Assembly: GCF_016432865.1 (NCBI RefSeq)
Contig: NC_067398.1
Coordinates: 25,916,001-25,980,000, forward strand
Length of the DNA stretch: 64,000 nucleotides
Direction of reading: 5' to 3'
Source of the DNA: Antechinus flavipes
Lineage: Eukaryota
Made by a program: the position numbers and the translations under genes
Notes under the pieces: generated by a model
What the model was told of the DNA's origin: nothing
Database searches by the model: none
What the model saw: the letters and a program-made list of their open reading frames with translations, nothing else
Shown: positions 63,211 through 64,000 of the stretch, one piece after another
How positions within the stretch are numbered: the first letter of the stretch is position 1
Layout of the letters: each line of letters opens with the position of its first letter

Positions 63211-64000
63211 CCCATACAAGTGTCTGTGTGTGTATGTACACATATATATCCACATATATATTCAAGAAGAAAAAAAATTTCTTACAATCTCACTAATAAT
63301 TAAGAGATAGTAAAGTTGAGCCAAGGGAAAACAATGATATAGAGGACATATGTAAGAAGGCAGATCTGGGGATTATAACTACAGATGTGATTCTAAGTCT
63401 CATAATACAGTACCGTGGGCTCTCCTTCTGGTCCTAATTATTTTACAATAAACTAATAAGAAATGAATATTAATATGCTGGAATTTTCTGCCAACAATGT
63501 TATTTTACAAAGTTTATCACAGCCAGAACTAGTGCCATTTGGGGCATATTGCATTGTGGAACTCATCCCAGTCTTTATGTCAAACCTTGGCCATAGTTTT
63601 GTTTTTTGTTCTTTTTTTAACTTTTTTCAGCAATGAAAGACATCATTATTTTTCTGGGGCCTGCAGCGTGCTAACCTGGTCTTCAGTGAACTTCCACTTC
63701 ACTAAGACAGAATTTTTAATCTTATGTATATCACCCACAGATGATAACAGGAAGCCCATAAAGCCCGTCACAGCATCATGCTTTTAAAAATACAAAAACT
63801 TACAAAGGTAAACAAGTGTATTTAAATAGTTATCAAAATATTATTTAGAAAAAAAATTACATGAATTCCCAGGTTAAGTTTGTATTGACGTTTATATTCT
63901 ACAGCATGGACACAGATTTAAAAAAAAAAAAAAAAAAAGATTATCAAAGGAGGAGGAAAGCTCCTCTAGGTATCTGTCTTAGATTCCTATGTTTAAAGCT

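Noticed and set aside
63400-63510. Faint LINE reverse-transcriptase-like peptide VP-GSPSGPNYFTIN..LEFSANNVIL, compared with VPQGSxLGP..FADD
   Set aside because: Needs a frameshift and two stops; too degenerate to support without an HMM search.

Overview
This is 64 kb of AT-rich, CpG-depleted mammalian DNA with two short assembly gaps (44381-44603, 60604-60759). The repeat content points to an Australian marsupial: one WSINE1-type SINE, many Mar1-type CORE-SINEs, marsupial L1 3' ends, MIR, L2 and CR1/L3. I can support no protein-coding gene. All long ORFs in the track come from microsatellites, SINEs, gaps or chance. The window reads as a large intron or gene desert, with old repeats between unique, CpG-retaining blocks that look like constrained non-coding elements. 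Most exon-like splice signals I noticed are on the minus strand. Best leads: (1) an exon-like unit at 6023-6134 (-) that begins AG|GTATGA, as a recursive splice site does, and whose junction segment has two mutually exclusive complementary partners, one on each side; (2) a 74-bp near-perfect palindrome at 20314-20387; (3) an internally deleted Tc1/mariner element with both TIRs and a recognisable transposase C-terminus at about 62659-63210, plus MITEs with the same TIR; (4) several local templated duplications, clustered at 16.5-18.5 kb and 33.7-36.8 kb. I found no convincing new protein system. Repeat family names are from memory of consensus sequences, and repeat boundaries are approximate.
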